From: Candidatus Rifleibacteriota bacterium
GTDB lineage: Bacteria; Muiribacteriota; Ozemobacteria; Ozemobacterales; Ozemobacteraceae
NCBI GenBank assembly: GCA_028689875.1
Contig: JAQVCG010000004.1
Span: 3,414 to 67,413, forward strand
DNA length: 64,000 nucleotides
Reading direction: 5' to 3'
Part shown: positions 54,862-63,881 of the stretch, piece after piece
Layout of the letters: each line of letters starts with the position of its first letter
Position numbering within the stretch: position 1 is the first letter of the stretch
The notes under the pieces: model-generated
What the model was told of the DNA's origin: nothing
What the model saw: only the letters and a program-made list of their open reading frames with translations
Database searches by the model: none
Program-made: the position numbers and the translations under genes

Positions 54862-55569
54862 CTATTTTTTTGAAATAGCGAAATTTGATTCAATGGCTTT
54901 GGCCAGTTCAAAGTCTTGCGGTGTGTCTACGTCAAGCGATTCTAAGTCTGACATAATATATGCCCCGTGGTTGTCGAAGTCGTACATGCTTTTTTGTTTT
55001 GTCAGATAATCGTATTTTGTGAAATAGATCGCTCCGTTTTCTATGTACCTTTTGGGAATTAGCGTAGATGGTTTTGTGAGTCCGGCGCGGTCTACGGGTG
55101 ATGCCTTGCCTTTTTCGTTCGCTAATTCATATTGCCATTCTACATACTGATCAACCTTTCGCATTGACGAAAGGCTGTTGAAATTTTCTGTTTCAAATTT
55201 ATTCTTAGCTTCAATCAAGTGTTTTACCGACAAAAACGGCGATGTAACCTGCAACAGACATACAGCGCTCGGTGCAGGCAGCCTCTGTTTATTAACAACT
55301 GTCTCAAGAGCGTGCAGCAACACATCTAATGAAGTGGCTATGTCGGTTGCAAGTTCTGCGGGGCGTATGAAAGGAACTTCTGCCCCATATTTTTTCGCTT
55401 CGTCGGCTAATTCATTGTCGTCTGTCGAAACAAAGATTTTAGCAAAAATATTAGCGGCACGTGCCGTTTCAATGCACCGCGCGGTCAGTGATTTGCCGCA
55501 AAAATCTATAATGTTTTTGCGCGGCAATCGTTTTGACCCGGCTCTAACAGGTATTACGGCATAAAGCAT
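54862..55569 (-). CDS. acylneuraminate (nonulosonic acid) cytidylyltransferase family protein
   Basis: 235 aa. 'AVIPVRAGSKRLPRKNI' is the CTP-transferase-3 N-terminal signature. Confidence 0.7.
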   Translation of the reverse strand: MLYAVIPVRAGSKRLPRKNIIDFCGKSLTARCIETARAANIFAKIFVSTDDNELADEAKKYGAEVPFIRPAELATDIATSLDVLLHALETVVNKQRLPAPSAVCLLQVTSPFLSVKHLIEAKNKFETENFNSLSSMRKVDQYVEWQYELANEKGKASPVDRAGLTKPSTLIPKRYIENGAIYFTKYDYLTKQKSMYDFDNHGAYIMSDLESLDVDTPQDFELAKAIESNFAISKK

Positions 55570-55571
55570 TA

Positions 55572-57077
55572 CTAGCCTAGCTTTTTCTTTTGGTCTTCGA
55601 GCTTTTTGAAAAGTTTTTCGTAAATAAGGTAGGGTGCTTCTAAGGTCTGCGGCGTAAACTCTTTGTTTTCATATTTTTTAACAGTGAGTTTTCCCATTTT
55701 TACGAGAAGATCATCTTTTCTTTGTGCAAATTTTTTGGCATGATTTGCATTGCTTTTTTGTTCGGGCGTCGAAACGGTAAATAGGTTTTTTAGTTGTGCA
55801 AAAAAACCTGTTTCTTTTTTTGCTTCTGATTTGTCTTCTTGTTCTGTGTATTTTTGTATAAAGAAATTCATTTTAAGAATTTCGTTACCTACACTGATTA
55901 AATCAATAAATTCAATGTCGCCGGCCTGATACATGTCAAATACCGTGCTTCCGATTGATTTAAGCTGCTCGTCTATTTCTTTTTGAGTATCGTTCACCGA
56001 AAAATTCAGTGCTGTTCTGTTTGATAACTCAATTGCTTCGTCTTTGCCTTTTCTGAAAAAGTTGCTGACTGTAGTTGCAAGGTCATCGGACTTTGCAACG
56101 CCGTCGCCTTGATTTTGTCCTTTTTCATCAGATACACTGCCTTCTTGTATGTTTAAAATAGTCGTCTCCGGCGGATTCGGGCCGAATTTTTCTTCCATGA
56201 GCTTAATCGCTTTTGCAGCTGTTTCTTTAAATATTCCATCGCTGTTGGCTTCTAAGCCCCTTAAAAAAGCATAGGTGCTTTGGTCATAATAGTTGGCTAA
56301 TGCAATAATTGCTTTTATTCTGGTTTCAGGATGCTGCGTCGCTTTTGCCGTTTCAATGAGCATTTCGATTGATTCGGGAGCGGTAATGTGCGAAAGTGCG
56401 TATATGGCGCTTCCTTTCATCCATTCTTCAGGTGACTCAAGCATTTTTTTGAGCTCACCGAAAACTTTTTCTTCGCCAAAACTTTGCAGTGCTTTTGCAG
56501 CCGCAGCTCTTATTCGGTTGTCGGGGTCTCTTAGTGCTGTAAACAGGGCCGGAATAGCTTCTTGTGCCTTAATATGCTCAAGTGCTTCAATTGTGTTTGC
56601 TCTGACCCTGCTGTCTGAATCTTGTAAATACTTAATCAATATGTCGGCTTCGGCATCGCTCAAAAATAGCTTTAAACAGCTGATCATCCCGGCTTTAACA
56701 AAATTATGTTCTTCTGATTTAATCAGCTCTAATAGTTTGTCTTTGTATTCTGCCAGATTTTTGTTTTTTATTTCCATGGCAGCGCTGAGGCGGTCTCTGT
56801 AATCTTCTGAATACAGTCTCTCATCGACCGGAATCTCAAAAACTTCGCCCATTTTTGATAATTTGTCGGCTTTTCTGATTTTATCTAATGCTTTTCGTGC
56901 AAAAAACCTGACTGCTACGTTTTGATCTAAAGTGGCTTTAATAAGTTCTTCAGTTACTTCGCGCCTGGTTTCCTTTTCGGGGTAGTCGAGCTTCATTAGA
57001 GTCATGGCCGAAAGGGCTCTTAAGTCGTCATCAGTGTTGGACAAATCTTTTACAAGTTTTTTTGTTTTTATATCCAT
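55572..57077 (-). CDS. HEAT-repeat protein
   Basis: 501 aa. Repeated 'D.D..VR..A..AL' units ('DQNVAVRFFARKAL','DSDSRVRANTIEALEHI','DPDNRIRAAAAKALQSFG'). Confidence 0.65.
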   Translation of the reverse strand: MDIKTKKLVKDLSNTDDDLRALSAMTLMKLDYPEKETRREVTEELIKATLDQNVAVRFFARKALDKIRKADKLSKMGEVFEIPVDERLYSEDYRDRLSAAMEIKNKNLAEYKDKLLELIKSEEHNFVKAGMISCLKLFLSDAEADILIKYLQDSDSRVRANTIEALEHIKAQEAIPALFTALRDPDNRIRAAAAKALQSFGEEKVFGELKKMLESPEEWMKGSAIYALSHITAPESIEMLIETAKATQHPETRIKAIIALANYYDQSTYAFLRGLEANSDGIFKETAAKAIKLMEEKFGPNPPETTILNIQEGSVSDEKGQNQGDGVAKSDDLATTVSNFFRKGKDEAIELSNRTALNFSVNDTQKEIDEQLKSIGSTVFDMYQAGDIEFIDLISVGNEILKMNFFIQKYTEQEDKSEAKKETGFFAQLKNLFTVSTPEQKSNANHAKKFAQRKDDLLVKMGKLTVKKYENKEFTPQTLEAPYLIYEKLFKKLEDQKKKLG

Positions 57078-57166
57078 CTTCAGTTTCCGATTTTTATTGG
57101 TTTCTTAAATACTAGCATAAACTTAATCAAATTAAAAATCAAAGTCAAAAAAAGAGAGCAATAGCA

Positions 57167-57195
57167 AACGCCACAGCCGAGGCGGCTGTGGCGTT
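57167..57195 (-). terminator. strong hairpin downstream of the OMP gene (terminator candidate)
   Basis: Perfect 13-bp arms AACGCCACAGCCG / CGGCTGTGGCGTT with a 3-nt loop. On the minus strand the T-run lies about 13 nt further on, so this is not a textbook intrinsic terminator. Confidence 0.5.
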
Positions 57196-57230
57196 GAGAT
57201 GCTTATAAGTTTTTTAGAGTTAGATAGCTT

Positions 57231-58430
57231 TTACTGGAAGAAAGTGGTCAGACCTACTACCAAGCGATAGTTGTAACCCCACTGCTGGTCGTTGGTGACG
57301 CTTATGGGAACAGCTACTTCGAAGGCGAAGTTTTCGGTGGGTGAATATCTTATACCGGGTATCACTTCGACCTTCATTCCGCATGAGCCCCAGTCTTCGC
57401 CGGCTACTTCGGCCATAACCGTAACATTATGAGTGTGCGGGTATTCAATGCCCAAGCTGTAATAAAACTTGTCGGCAAGGCCGTCAGGGTAGAACTGATT
57501 ATTGGGGTCACCCGTCATTACATAACCTAAGTTAAGGTGTCCGATAATTTTCTCGAAGTTTTTGCTGAAAGCTGTAAATATTTCAAAGTCGGTTTTGCCG
57601 GTGCCGAGCATTTTGTCATCGCTGCCGGTCGGGAACTTAAATGCTACGCCGAACGCGCCGCGCATTTGATACTCAGCGTTGTCGAAGACTCTGTATTTAA
57701 AGCCCAGCTTCATATCGCCGACACCCGATTCAGAGAGGTCTCTTGTCCATATTTCGCGGCTTTTTGCCGTGTAGTCGATAATCGGAATATTTAATACTGC
57801 TTCTAAATCGTCGGTCAGTGCATAGTTGAAGAACAAAGGCAGCTCAAGTTTTTCGCCGCTTTCGTTTGTGGCCAAACTGCGGTCATAAATTCGTTCCAAG
57901 TCAAACCAACTGCTGTGAAAGCCCATTTTAAACGATCCGGCTTTGCTTACGTCTGCTGAAACTGTATGTATAAGACCTGTAAAGCCGAGCATGTTGCAGC
58001 CTAATACTCTCGTTACTGCTTCATCTAGCGGCACGGTCATTAAAGTGTCTGAGTAAAGCGGCGGCAAAGCTGTCCTAGATGGCACGGGAAGTGTTGTCAC
58101 CGGCGGCAAATTTATGCTTTGCTGCGAATAAACATCGTTTCCGCGCGATTGAACAAGCTGTGTGCTTCTTGGTTGGTACTGCTGCGGTTGACGGTAGGTC
58201 TGTTGTGCTCCTGCACTGCGAATAATCGGAGGCTGACTTATCGACGGCAAAGCTGTGTTTCTGGCTGTTGCAGGTGCCGTTTGGGTTCGTGTAATTGGCG
58301 GCAAACTCATTTGCTGCGGTGCTCCGCTTTGTCCCGACATTGTAATCGGCGGCAAAACCGCTGACTGTCCATAAACTGCCGAGACCATAAACAGGCCGGC
58401 AATTGCAATTATTGCGGTATTTCGTTTCAT
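57231..58430 (-). CDS. outer-membrane beta-barrel protein with Pro/Gln-rich N-terminal repeats (paralog of 5912-7252)
   Basis: 399 aa. Signal peptide 'AIIAIAGLFMVSAVYGQS'. Repeated 'LPPIT/LPPVT' units. Shared C-terminal block 'PISVTNDQQWGYNYRL' versus 'PISLSNDMFFGYDYRL'. AAGGAG RBS. Confidence 0.7.
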   Translation of the reverse strand: MKRNTAIIAIAGLFMVSAVYGQSAVLPPITMSGQSGAPQQMSLPPITRTQTAPATARNTALPSISQPPIIRSAGAQQTYRQPQQYQPRSTQLVQSRGNDVYSQQSINLPPVTTLPVPSRTALPPLYSDTLMTVPLDEAVTRVLGCNMLGFTGLIHTVSADVSKAGSFKMGFHSSWFDLERIYDRSLATNESGEKLELPLFFNYALTDDLEAVLNIPIIDYTAKSREIWTRDLSESGVGDMKLGFKYRVFDNAEYQMRGAFGVAFKFPTGSDDKMLGTGKTDFEIFTAFSKNFEKIIGHLNLGYVMTGDPNNQFYPDGLADKFYYSLGIEYPHTHNVTVMAEVAGEDWGSCGMKVEVIPGIRYSPTENFAFEVAVPISVTNDQQWGYNYRLVVGLTTFFQ

Positions 58431-58558
58431 ACCTAACTCCTTTTCCCATTAGGGGTCCGCCACCCTCATCGGCAGGTTTCTAAAATAAATTAACGTTTTT
58501 TTCAAAAAAAAGTTATTAAATGTTTAGGCTGTCGTTTTGGCTTTTGTTTGGGCGATTA

Positions 58559-58630
58559 GGTGTGAAACAACGCTGGGGTAAGTGTTGGGCTTGCGGGTAA
58601 CGGCAACTGCGGTGAACTTCGATGCGGGCG
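58559..58630 (+). repeat. dispersed intergenic repeat, copy B1
   Basis: GGCAACTGCGGTGAACTTCGA at 58602-58622 is identical to copy A, and the flanks are related. Confidence 0.6.
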
Positions 58631-58750
58631 CACAACGCTCATAAGGGGAGAGTAGAGTTCACCGCGATTAAACAGCCGAAGCAGACCCTTTTACGCAAGT
58701 TGGAAGTTAATCGAGAGTTGCAGGTTAGTCGCGAGTTTTGTGAAAAATTG

Positions 58751-58827
58751 GTAAATTCAGCGCCGGCTTTCAGCGGTGTTGTTGTAAATAACTGTTTAGC
58801 GCGAGTTTGAAGTTTTTCGAAAGATGG
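58751..58827 (+). repeat. dispersed intergenic repeat, copy B2
   Basis: CAGCGCCGGCTTTCAGCGG at 58758-58776 is identical to copy C. The downstream ~50 nt align by eye with copy C. Confidence 0.6.
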
Positions 58828-58847
58828 TTTGCTGAAAAATATCGCTA

Positions 58848-58877
58848 TTGACTTTGTAAGCTTATTCGTACTAAGCT
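58848..58877 (+). promoter_or_regulatory. possible mfd promoter (TTGACT-18-TAAGCT)
   Basis: -35 at 58848-58853. Weak -10 at 58872-58877, only 11 nt before the ATG at 58889. Confidence 0.3.
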
Positions 58878-58888
58878 TTGGGGCTGAA

Positions 58889-61800
58889 ATGCTTTTCAAA
58901 AATATAAATTTTAAAGAAGTCTCTGATTTAACCGGCTGCAAAGGCGTGCTCGCGGCAATTATTATGGCCAAAATCGCCAGGCAGCCCGGCGTAACTTTGC
59001 TTGTGACGCAGAGCCCTGAACGTGCTAAAGAGATGCATGCGCAGATTTTGCCCTGGCTGGGGCCTCAGAGCGACCGTGCTGTGTGCATGCTGCCAGAACG
59101 CGAAACTGTCTACGACCAAACGGCTGCAGACCCTGATGTGCTTTTTTCTCGCATAACCGCAATGTCAATGGAAGGGCGTCTCGGGGGCCTTGTGATTGCT
59201 CCGGTTTCGGTGCTGTTAGAGAGGTTTTTTGCTCCCAAAATTTGGCTTAATGAATGTTTTGAAGTAAAACAAGGCACAGAAGTTAAACGCAGCGAATTTA
59301 TAAATAAACTGGTTAAAATCGGCTATAAACGAACGGCAACTGTCGAAGAAAGATCAACTTTCGCCGTAAGAGGCAGCTTGATTGACATTTTCCCGCCAAA
59401 CTCTGAATTTCCTTACAGATTCGATTTTTTCGGAGACGACCTCGAAAGCATAAAACTTTTTTCGCCCCAAACGCAAAGGTCGTTTGATAAACGCGACAAA
59501 GTTTTTATAACTCCCGTGTTTGAGTTCGTGGCTGACGAAGACGATTACTCTAAGGTCGCCGCAAAAGTCGAAGACGAAATAGTGGCACTCGACGAGCGCC
59601 GGGCAGCACTGCTCGAACGCAAACTCGAGCACTTCAGAAGCGCCGCCGATTCGCGCGACTTTAAAGAGCTGAAGCCATTTGTGCATAAGGCCGACGGCTA
59701 TTTGTTCGACTATTGGCAGAACCCTCACATCATTCTCGACGAGGCCGACCAAACCATTAAAGCGTTTGACGAGGTGTTCGAGAGCTTTGAACGCCGATTT
59801 GAGCAGTCGCAAGATACCACCCCTTTAAAGCAGCCTCACGCCTACTACCACAGGCCCAACGCTCTTATAGATTTGCTGAACAGCGCAAAATACGCAAGAA
59901 TGACGGTGTTCTCGCCAATTTCGAACCCTTTGTTCGAAAATGTCGAATACCTCACGCCGCCCACCGATTTGTCGCGCGAAACTCTTTTGAAAGACTTGAG
60001 AGCCCTTACAGAAGCCAATTGGTCGGTTGCGATAGCCATCGAAGACGAAGGGCGATTGAATAACCTGCGAGGCTTGCTCGGGGAACGAAAAGTTAAAATT
60101 CACTCGTCGGCGCAGCCATTTAATCTTAAAGCAGGATCGGTGCTGTTTTTAAAAGGACGCGCCAAAAGAGGATTCAAAGACCATAACCAAAAAATCGCCG
60201 TCTTTGCCGAAGAAGATATTTTTATGGGCCCCGCCCGCGAAAATACTGCGAAAAAGCGCACTGCTTCAAAAAATTTGATGCAAATCGATCAAATGGTGCC
60301 GGGCGACATTGTGGTGCACGCAGACCACGGAGTTGCCGAGTTTAGAGGCATTCTTACCATGACTGCCGGCGGAAACACCCGCGAATACATCTTTTTGCAA
60401 TACGCCGGGGCCGATAAACTCTATGTGCCTACCGACCAAGTGCATAAGGTCTCGAAATATCTTGGCGCCGAAGGATACGTGCCAAGGCTCCAAAGTTTAA
60501 ATTCAAAAACTTGGGTGACGCAAAAGGCAAAAGTTAAGAAAAATGTTGAATATATCGCGCGCGAGCTGCTTGAGCTTTATGCTGAGCGAATTGCAAACAA
60601 AGGTTTTGCCTTTGAAAAAGATAACGACATGATGCGTCAAATGGAAGAAAACTTCCCGTTTATCGAAACTCCCGACCAGATGAAGGCTATCGTGTCAGTC
60701 AAAGAAGACATGGAAAGCGAATCCCCAATGGACCGTCTGATTTGCGGAGACGTTGGTTACGGCAAAACAGAAGTGGCCATGCGCGCCGCATTTAAAGCCG
60801 TTTGTTCGGGCAAACAGGTCGCTGTTCTTGCTCCCACAACACTTTTGGCGTTTCAGCATTATCAAAGCTTTATAAAGCGATTTGAAGGTTTTCCCGTGTC
60901 GGTCGATATGATAAGCCGATTGAGAAAAGCTAACGAACAAAAAGACACCATTGCGAAACTTAAGGCCGGCATTCTCGATGTAGTAGTCGGGACCCACAGA
61001 ATTTTGTCGAGCGACATCAGATTTAAAGATTTAGGTCTGTTAATTGTTGACGAAGAGCAGCGATTTGGCGTTAAACACAAAGAAAAACTCAAAAAGTTTA
61101 AAACATTGGTTGATGTTCTGACCCTGACTGCAACGCCGATTCCGCGAACTATGCAGATGGCCATGTCTGGAATTCGCCAGATCAGTATTATCGACACGCC
61201 GCCCAAAGACCGCCGCCCCGTAAATACTTATGTGGCGCCATTTGACGCCGGTTGGATAAAGCGCGCCATAATCGAAGAGCTCAAACGTGGCGGGCAAATT
61301 TATTATGTGTATAATCGTGTTGAAACTATCGATAAAAAAGCCGCGTTTTTGCGCGAACTCGTGCCTGATGCGCGAATTATCACCGCTCACGGCCAAATGG
61401 ATGAAAACGAAGTCGAAAAAACAATGGTCGATTTTGTTAAGCGCGAATACGACATTCTTGTTGCCACAACAATTATTGAATCCGGGTTGGATATTCCAAA
61501 TGCTAATACACTGATAGTCGACGAAGCAGAGCGCCTCGGATTATCGCAAATGTATCAGCTGCGCGGAAGAGTAGGGCGAAGCGCAAGACAAGCTTGGGCC
61601 TATTTCTTTTATTCAAAAGGAAAACGCCTTTCAAAAGAAGCTAACGACAGACTTGAGACCATAGAAGAACATACCGCGCTCGGCTCAGGCTTTAAGATCG
61701 CCATGCGCGACCTGCAGATCAGAGGCGCCGGAAACATTTTGGGCGAATCACAAAGCGGGCATATCGCAAGCATAGGACTTTCATTATACATGGAAATGCT

Positions 61801-62299
61801 CGAAGACGCAGTTATTAAAGCCAAAACGGGCAATCGTGCTTACGAAAAAATCGATTCTGCAATCGAAATACCCGTTACCGCATATTTACCGAAAACTTAT
61901 ATTCCCGAAGAAGAAACGCGTGTTGAGCTTTATTCAAGGTTGGCGCGCTGCAAAGATCTCGAACTTTTGTCAGAAATTAAAGACGAGTGCGAAGACAGAT
62001 TCGGGCCGCTTCCTTCTGAAGCTATGGCATTATATGCGATCAGCCGGTTGAGAGTTCTTGCGGTAAACGCTAATGTGGTCAAGGTTACAAGGGTTATCAA
62101 TCACTTGCGATTCGAATTTTCGAAAAACAAACTCCCCGATATCGGCAGAGTCTTCTCGAGCGGTTCAGACATTTTGTCGGGCGTATATTTCGACAGCTTC
62201 GATCCCAACGCCATCAATTTGAAAATCGACGACAACACCCCCGAAATTATTTTCGACAACGCCGCAAATCTTCTAACTATCTTCGCCGATTCCTTTTAA
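58889..62299 (+). CDS. mfd: transcription-repair coupling factor
   Basis: 'DRLICGDVGYGKTEVAMRAAF' (Walker A), 'LLIVDEEQRFGV', 'LTATPIPRT', 'QLRGRVGRS'. UvrB-homology N-terminus. I prefer the ATG at 58889 (MLFKNINF...) over the track's TTG at 58829. Confidence 0.9.
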   Translation: MLFKNINFKEVSDLTGCKGVLAAIIMAKIARQPGVTLLVTQSPERAKEMHAQILPWLGPQSDRAVCMLPERETVYDQTAADPDVLFSRITAMSMEGRLGGLVIAPVSVLLERFFAPKIWLNECFEVKQGTEVKRSEFINKLVKIGYKRTATVEERSTFAVRGSLIDIFPPNSEFPYRFDFFGDDLESIKLFSPQTQRSFDKRDKVFITPVFEFVADEDDYSKVAAKVEDEIVALDERRAALLERKLEHFRSAADSRDFKELKPFVHKADGYLFDYWQNPHIILDEADQTIKAFDEVFESFERRFEQSQDTTPLKQPHAYYHRPNALIDLLNSAKYARMTVFSPISNPLFENVEYLTPPTDLSRETLLKDLRALTEANWSVAIAIEDEGRLNNLRGLLGERKVKIHSSAQPFNLKAGSVLFLKGRAKRGFKDHNQKIAVFAEEDIFMGPARENTAKKRTASKNLMQIDQMVPGDIVVHADHGVAEFRGILTMTAGGNTREYIFLQYAGADKLYVPTDQVHKVSKYLGAEGYVPRLQSLNSKTWVTQKAKVKKNVEYIARELLELYAERIANKGFAFEKDNDMMRQMEENFPFIETPDQMKAIVSVKEDMESESPMDRLICGDVGYGKTEVAMRAAFKAVCSGKQVAVLAPTTLLAFQHYQSFIKRFEGFPVSVDMISRLRKANEQKDTIAKLKAGILDVVVGTHRILSSDIRFKDLGLLIVDEEQRFGVKHKEKLKKFKTLVDVLTLTATPIPRTMQMAMSGIRQISIIDTPPKDRRPVNTYVAPFDAGWIKRAIIEELKRGGQIYYVYNRVETIDKKAAFLRELVPDARIITAHGQMDENEVEKTMVDFVKREYDILVATTIIESGLDIPNANTLIVDEAERLGLSQMYQLRGRVGRSARQAWAYFFYSKGKRLSKEANDRLETIEEHTALGSGFKIAMRDLQIRGAGNILGESQSGHIASIGLSLYMEMLEDAVIKAKTGNRAYEKIDSAIEIPVTAYLPKTYIPEEETRVELYSRLARCKDLELLSEIKDECEDRFGPLPSEAMALYAISRLRVLAVNANVVKVTRVINHLRFEFSKNKLPDIGRVFSSGSDILSGVYFDSFDPNAINLKIDDNTPEIIFDNAANLLTIFADSF

Positions 62300-63205
62300 G
62301 CCGGGCGGCGTTTTCCAAGTTTGCTCAGACGCTACCCAGTGAGTTTTATACTGCTTGTTTTGCATAACCGCGGTGTATGGTTGTTCTAAAAAAGCTCTAA
62401 TTGTGTCAATAACTGTTTTGAAATTGTCGACTTCAATTTTAACTTTTTTTGAAAAAGCTTTCCACTTCTTCTGCATAGCTTCATTAGTATAAAAACTCAT
62501 TATTTGTTCAAAATGCTCATTCGTAAATGAATGATTTCTATTTTTGAAAGTATTTTTTAAAGCTTTAACTAAAATATTACCTTCAAAATTGAAATGGTTT
62601 GCAAGGTAGTAAATATCATAATAATCTTTCATTCGGCTTGAAAATTCCATTAGTGTAAGTATTGCATCTAGCTTTTCTGCAATAGTGGTTTCAATTGAAT
62701 AAGCATTTATGTTTGGGGCTGTAAAATCTTCTAGTTGAGTGGGAACTTTTTGCTTTTGTTTTCGTGGAATAATAATATCACCCACTCCGATGTCAATTTT
62801 AAGTTGAATACGAGTATTTTTTATTCGTGCGGTAATGCTTGCTGAAACTCCTGTATATTTTTTGGTAACAGTAATTGGTTCTACACTTTTCAGCTCAAAT
62901 GTTATAAAGTCATTTTCTGATTCACAATTAATGATTTCATCCAATGTTTCTTTTAATTGCTGTGGTGTGTTAGGTAGCTTGAGTAGCAAAAAATCTATGT
63001 CTATAGTTACTCGACTCTCAAAATTTGTAATAGCATAAATAAGCAAGCCGCCTTTTAATACAAAATTATCCGCGTATTTTGACTTTTCTAGGCGACGTAA
63101 AAATTCTTCCTGACAGAAAAGTTGCAGGCATAGCTGAAAGCTTCTCCCGCTTTGCGTTGCTTTGTTCTTTAAACGTGCAAGGACTGACGCTGCTATGTCA
63201 GGCAT
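62273..63205 (-). CDS. abiEii: AbiEii/AbiGii-family nucleotidyltransferase toxin (type IV TA / abortive infection)
   Basis: 310 aa. 'VLARLKNKATQSGRSFQLCLQLFCQEEFLRRLEKSKYADNFVLKGGLLI' is the typical AbiEii (DUF1814) N-terminus. Overlaps abiEi by 8 nt. Confidence 0.8.
   Translation of the reverse strand: MPDIAASVLARLKNKATQSGRSFQLCLQLFCQEEFLRRLEKSKYADNFVLKGGLLIYAITNFESRVTIDIDFLLLKLPNTPQQLKETLDEIINCESENDFITFELKSVEPITVTKKYTGVSASITARIKNTRIQLKIDIGVGDIIIPRKQKQKVPTQLEDFTAPNINAYSIETTIAEKLDAILTLMEFSSRMKDYYDIYYLANHFNFEGNILVKALKNTFKNRNHSFTNEHFEQIMSFYTNEAMQKKWKAFSKKVKIEVDNFKTVIDTIRAFLEQPYTAVMQNKQYKTHWVASEQTWKTPPGLKGIGEDS
62289..62308 (+). repeat. 20-bp direct repeat, left copy (ATTCCTTTTAAGCCGGGCGG)
   Basis: Identical to 63882-63901. 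Contains the last codons and the TAA stop of mfd. On the other strand it encodes part of the AbiEii C-terminus. Confidence 0.9.
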
Positions 63206-63803
63206 TTAGTAAAACCTCAATCAATTCGTTAAGTTTTTTGTATACTTTCAGGCTTTTGGCATACTTTGAAAGGTTGATTAGGTTTTTATTGCTGTCAGCA
63301 ACATAAGCATTGAGTGCTTTGCTAAATGTCTCATTGTCCATTTTTGAGCGGTATTTAAAGCAATCACATATTGTTCTTTCACGATCGTATATTGAAAGCC
63401 TAACACCGTTGAAGTCGACAGCAGTTTTGCCTATGTTCAGCCATTTATCTTGAATGTAATAAACTTTTAAAAACAAAGTGTCTATTTTAAGTTTTGTTCT
63501 TGCTATGTCTCTTGGAACAGCTACTGCCCATGCTCTTGGTGCTAAATCGCTATACCCGTAATAAAAGAGCGCTGATTCCACACACACAATGCTCTCCGGA
63601 ATCAGTGTTGCGATTAAATATTCTTCGCTTATATTGTCTGACGTTTCAAGTTGGTAATAGCCATGACGAAGACGCCTGATTAGCCCTGCATTACACATGT
63701 TTGCAACATCATAATTAGAGAGCCCTTCAGCTTTAAAAGCGGATGTTTTGGCTATGCCGCCATTTTTCAAAATTATTTCTTTAATAAAATCAAATTTTGT
63801 CAT
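63198..63803 (-). CDS. abiEi: AbiEi-family antitoxin / transcriptional regulator
   Basis: 201 aa. 'IILKNGGIAKTSAFKAEGLSNYDVANMCNAGLIRRLRHGYYQL' is the winged-helix AbiEi N-terminal domain. Confidence 0.75.
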   Translation of the reverse strand: MTKFDFIKEIILKNGGIAKTSAFKAEGLSNYDVANMCNAGLIRRLRHGYYQLETSDNISEEYLIATLIPESIVCVESALFYYGYSDLAPRAWAVAVPRDIARTKLKIDTLFLKVYYIQDKWLNIGKTAVDFNGVRLSIYDRERTICDCFKYRSKMDNETFSKALNAYVADSNKNLINLSKYAKSLKVYKKLNELIEVLLNA

Positions 63804-63881
63804 TTTATTACCAATTTTTAATACACAATTTTGTTTATTTGTGTGTTAAAAATATTATAGCCCACATTTTATATATTTGCA

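Noticed and set aside
56293-56802. 169-aa plus-strand ORF
   Set aside because: It is antisense inside the HEAT-repeat gene. The Ser/Ala/Leu-rich translation mirrors the helical repeat codons.
57167-57195. 13-bp perfect hairpin as a REP/MITE copy
   Set aside because: It is the only copy in the window and is unrelated to the dispersed repeat family. Its position right after a gene fits a terminator-type hairpin better.
58829-58888. TTG start extending mfd by 20 codons
   Set aside because: The extension is hydrophobic and unlike Mfd N-termini. A promoter-like TTGACT lies inside it. The ATG at 58889 aligns with the usual Mfd start region.
58431-58888. Known housekeeping ncRNA (SRP/4.5S, 6S, RNase P, tmRNA) in the long spacer
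   Set aside because: I could not find any of the conserved signature strings of these RNAs (for example the RNase P GAGGAAAGUCC box, the SRP domain IV motif or the tmRNA acceptor/tag region). I left it as an uncharacterised repeat/hairpin region.
59354-61396. Minus-strand ORFs of 152, 92, 64, 75, 100, 114 and 118 aa
   Set aside because: They are antisense within mfd.
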